From Haplodiscus bocki (lineage: Eukaryota), in assembly GCA_965655095.1 (NCBI GenBank), contig OZ296652.1:70804001-70868000 (forward strand): a stretch of 64,000 bases of DNA, given 5' to 3'. The position numbers and the translations under genes are program-made. Below are positions 61,732-64,000 of the stretch, piece by piece. Below the pieces are notes generated by a model. It saw only the letters and a program-made list of their open reading frames with translations, was not told the origin of the DNA and made no database searches. Position 1 is the first letter of the stretch. Every line of letters starts with the position of its first letter.

Positions 61732-61834
61732 GCATTTTCTTTCGAGTCACAATTTCAACTGTTGGCTGTTGTCAAGAAGGACAGAAATTAATCAACGCTT
61801 GCAGTTGGTACATCTGGATGCCATAAGCCAGGCG
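61732..61834 (+). CDS. DENND6: DENND6 exon 12 (gene continues beyond the window)
   Basis: ttttag|HFLSSHNFNCWLLSRRTEINQRLQLVHLDAISQA|gttatt; donor position slightly uncertain. Confidence 0.85.
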
Positions 61835-62099
61835 GTTATTATCTTACAGCATCATTTCCCTTTCTGGTGTACTATTGGTGGTGGTTCAACAATATACAAA
61901 ACCGTCAAATTGTTCAGCTTAAGCGTGGAAATGAATACGTTCAATGCAAAAGTCATGTTGAAAATGGCAAATGTTGAGAAAACAAAACTTTTGGAGTTTC
62001 AATTAACCTCATATTGCAAGTCGGCGCTTTGGTTATTATTAAAACGCCTGACTGTATTAGGACTTTATTTTTTAGGGAATTGGAAATAGTATTGCTCGG

Positions 62100-63000
62100 C
62101 AGTGGCCTCTCTAGAAATTTCTGAACGGGGGGGCGGAAAACAATTTTCAAGCATTAAGTAAATTTCAAACGTCGATTTTTAAGAGCAAACTTAGAAATTA
62201 TAACATCAGAGTCTATCTTCATGTCACTGTGGATATAGGCTAAAGCTAAATTTCTTGAGAGGTTTGTTCAACAAAAAGATTTCATTCACACCTGCTTTTT
62301 GACATATCTGGTCAATATCGGCAAATACAAGGCAAACTTTGCAGTATAACCCACCATGTTCACGTGAAAGTGCCAGAAATGCGTTTTTCTGAAGGTGTTC
62401 TGGTCGCAAATAACGTCGTTCAGTTTTACTTTTGCTTAATCTTTCTTCATAAGGCCAATTAAAATTTGCAGGAGGGTCAAAAGAATGCGTTAAAATGAAG
62501 TGCTTATCTGCTGTTGATATGGTCTGACGATTTAAGACTTGTGAGATGTCGTATATCGGGTTTTCATTGGCGGTAGATACTGCTGCACTACCGAAGTCTG
62601 AAATCGATACCGTGTTAATTCGTTTCGACATGTCATCTGAAATATGCCGCACAGTCATACATGCACGCTAAATGTATTCGTTGATGACGCAAATGCACTC
62701 AGAAAGACGCCTCACATGTCAAAACGACGTTAGCGCAATATCTGTTCACTTTGTTCACACAACCAATCACGTCACAGCAGCGTAGCAACGTGCCGCGCCT
62801 TGCTTTGCCATGCATCGCGAGTCGCGTCGCGACCGAATACGAGCTATAGTGCACGCCTTTGAAGCCAAGTTCACCTTAACATTTACGCACGTGCTCAATT
62901 TGACCAAATTCGGGTGTTAAATTGATATATTACCCGATATATTTTGCCACTGAACAGGGGGAGGGGCGGTCGCCCCCCGCCCCCCTTAAAGACGCCACTG
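62100..63000 (-). mobile_element. hAT-superfamily deletion derivative (901 bp)
   Basis: TIRs CAGTGGCCTCT and AGACGCCACTG; exact 8-bp TSD TTGCTCGG (62092-62099 and 63001-63008); ORF 62224-62658 encodes a TTF-type zinc finger (FNWP...RRYLRPEHL...GGLYCKVCLVF) typical of hAT transposase N-termini. Confidence 0.93.
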
Positions 63001-63462
63001 TTGCTCGGTTCTTGTTGATGAACTCTTTTTTTGTACTTTTGTACGATATTTTGCGACTTCGTCCAATATAAGGATTTTCATGCGACATCTTGAAAAATGA
63101 AAATGAATCCAGAACTCAGCAAAGCTGCATGAGAGTTCGGGAGGGATCATGCGGATCATCATAGCAGCGGTGAGAGCGCGCAAATAAAAAAATAAGCGCG
63201 CAAAATGAAAATAATTTTTTGTTCTCCAGTCAATATAGTTATAAAAGCGTAAACCGTGGGACATTTTACATTCATCTTTCCCAATTCGCGGGAAAACGGA
63301 ATAAGGGTTAATGCGGGGCCGTATACATTTTGCATAAATTTTTCGAAATCCTGTCCGCTTTGGGCGGCTATGTTTCAGGAACTTTGCAAAATTTCAATTT
63401 AACGAAGAGCTCAGTGTTACTTGTTGTTGTTGTTGACGCTTTTTCGTATGACATTTTGCAAC

Positions 63463-63538
63463 CTAATCCAAAATAAGGAATTTCGTGCGACATTTGAAAA
63501 CTAATCCAAAATGAGGAATTTCGTGCGACATATGAAAA
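63463..63538 (+). repeat. 38-bp tandem duplication inside a larger direct repeat (63060-63200 vs 63465-63610)
   Basis: ctaatccaaaat(a/g)aggaatttcgtgcgacat(t/a)tgaaaa twice; gcgacat..tgaaaa and catcat...gtgagag.gcgcaaat also occur ~410 bp upstream. Confidence 0.8.
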
Positions 63539-64000
63539 ACTTGTGCGCTTACAGGAGGCGCCATACGGACCATCATGGTAGCAGTGAGAGTGCGCAAATT
63601 AAAAACATTTTGAAAACTGAAATTTTTCAAACATCGAAAGCCTCCGTCTTATGAGGATTATGAGCCTTACGTGCGTGCCAACTTGGCCGTTCTCAGCTTG
63701 TTTTCATAAGATGACAGAGCTCACCCTTACCGACACTTTTCATATAGGATATATAACTAAAATGTAGCTATGTCAAGGCCAAGAGTAACAAAACACGAAA
63801 AAGCCGGAAAATTTTGCAAAAGCAGTCTCAAAAATTTTTCTACTTTAGACAAGTGCCAAAATAAATTTTTGCTCTATATAATTTTTTCGAAGCAGCAAAA
63901 ACGGAAAAAAATCGTGATAACCCCTCTTAAGTTAAAAAAAAGTTTCGAGCAGGTAAATATCTGAAATATTTCTGATGTCCACTGCGATTCTTTTGGAAAA

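Overview
AT-rich animal (invertebrate-like) genomic DNA, mostly decayed mobile elements, around two host genes. The host genes are an intronless ECT2 RhoGEF (36087-38705) and a spliced DENND6/FAM116 gene (12 coding exons traced, 41830-61834, 3' end beyond the window). From 1.1 to 7.6 kb lie two adjacent decayed Polinton/Maverick modules (ATPase, integrase, minor and major capsid). From 7.7 to 12.4 kb are two antisense Gypsy pol remnants. There are three CR1/L2-type LINE copies, a pogo-type MITE and a hAT derivative with an exact 8-bp TSD. The standout is a 13.9-kb endogenous retrovirus-like Ty3/Gypsy element (19553-33460). It has LTRs, a PBS, a PPT and a CCAAC target-site duplication, and it is inserted into a LINE. 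Its layout is gag - pol(PR-RT-RH-IN) with an in-frame TARG1/OARD1-type macrodomain - unknown ORF - antisense JmjC-like Fe(II)/2-oxoglutarate oxygenase - antisense small Cys-rich membrane protein - F-type env. This looks like a retroelement carrying its own anti-silencing/anti-defence genes. That functional reading is inference, and this copy is pseudogenised. All family calls come from manual translation and motif recognition, not database searches.
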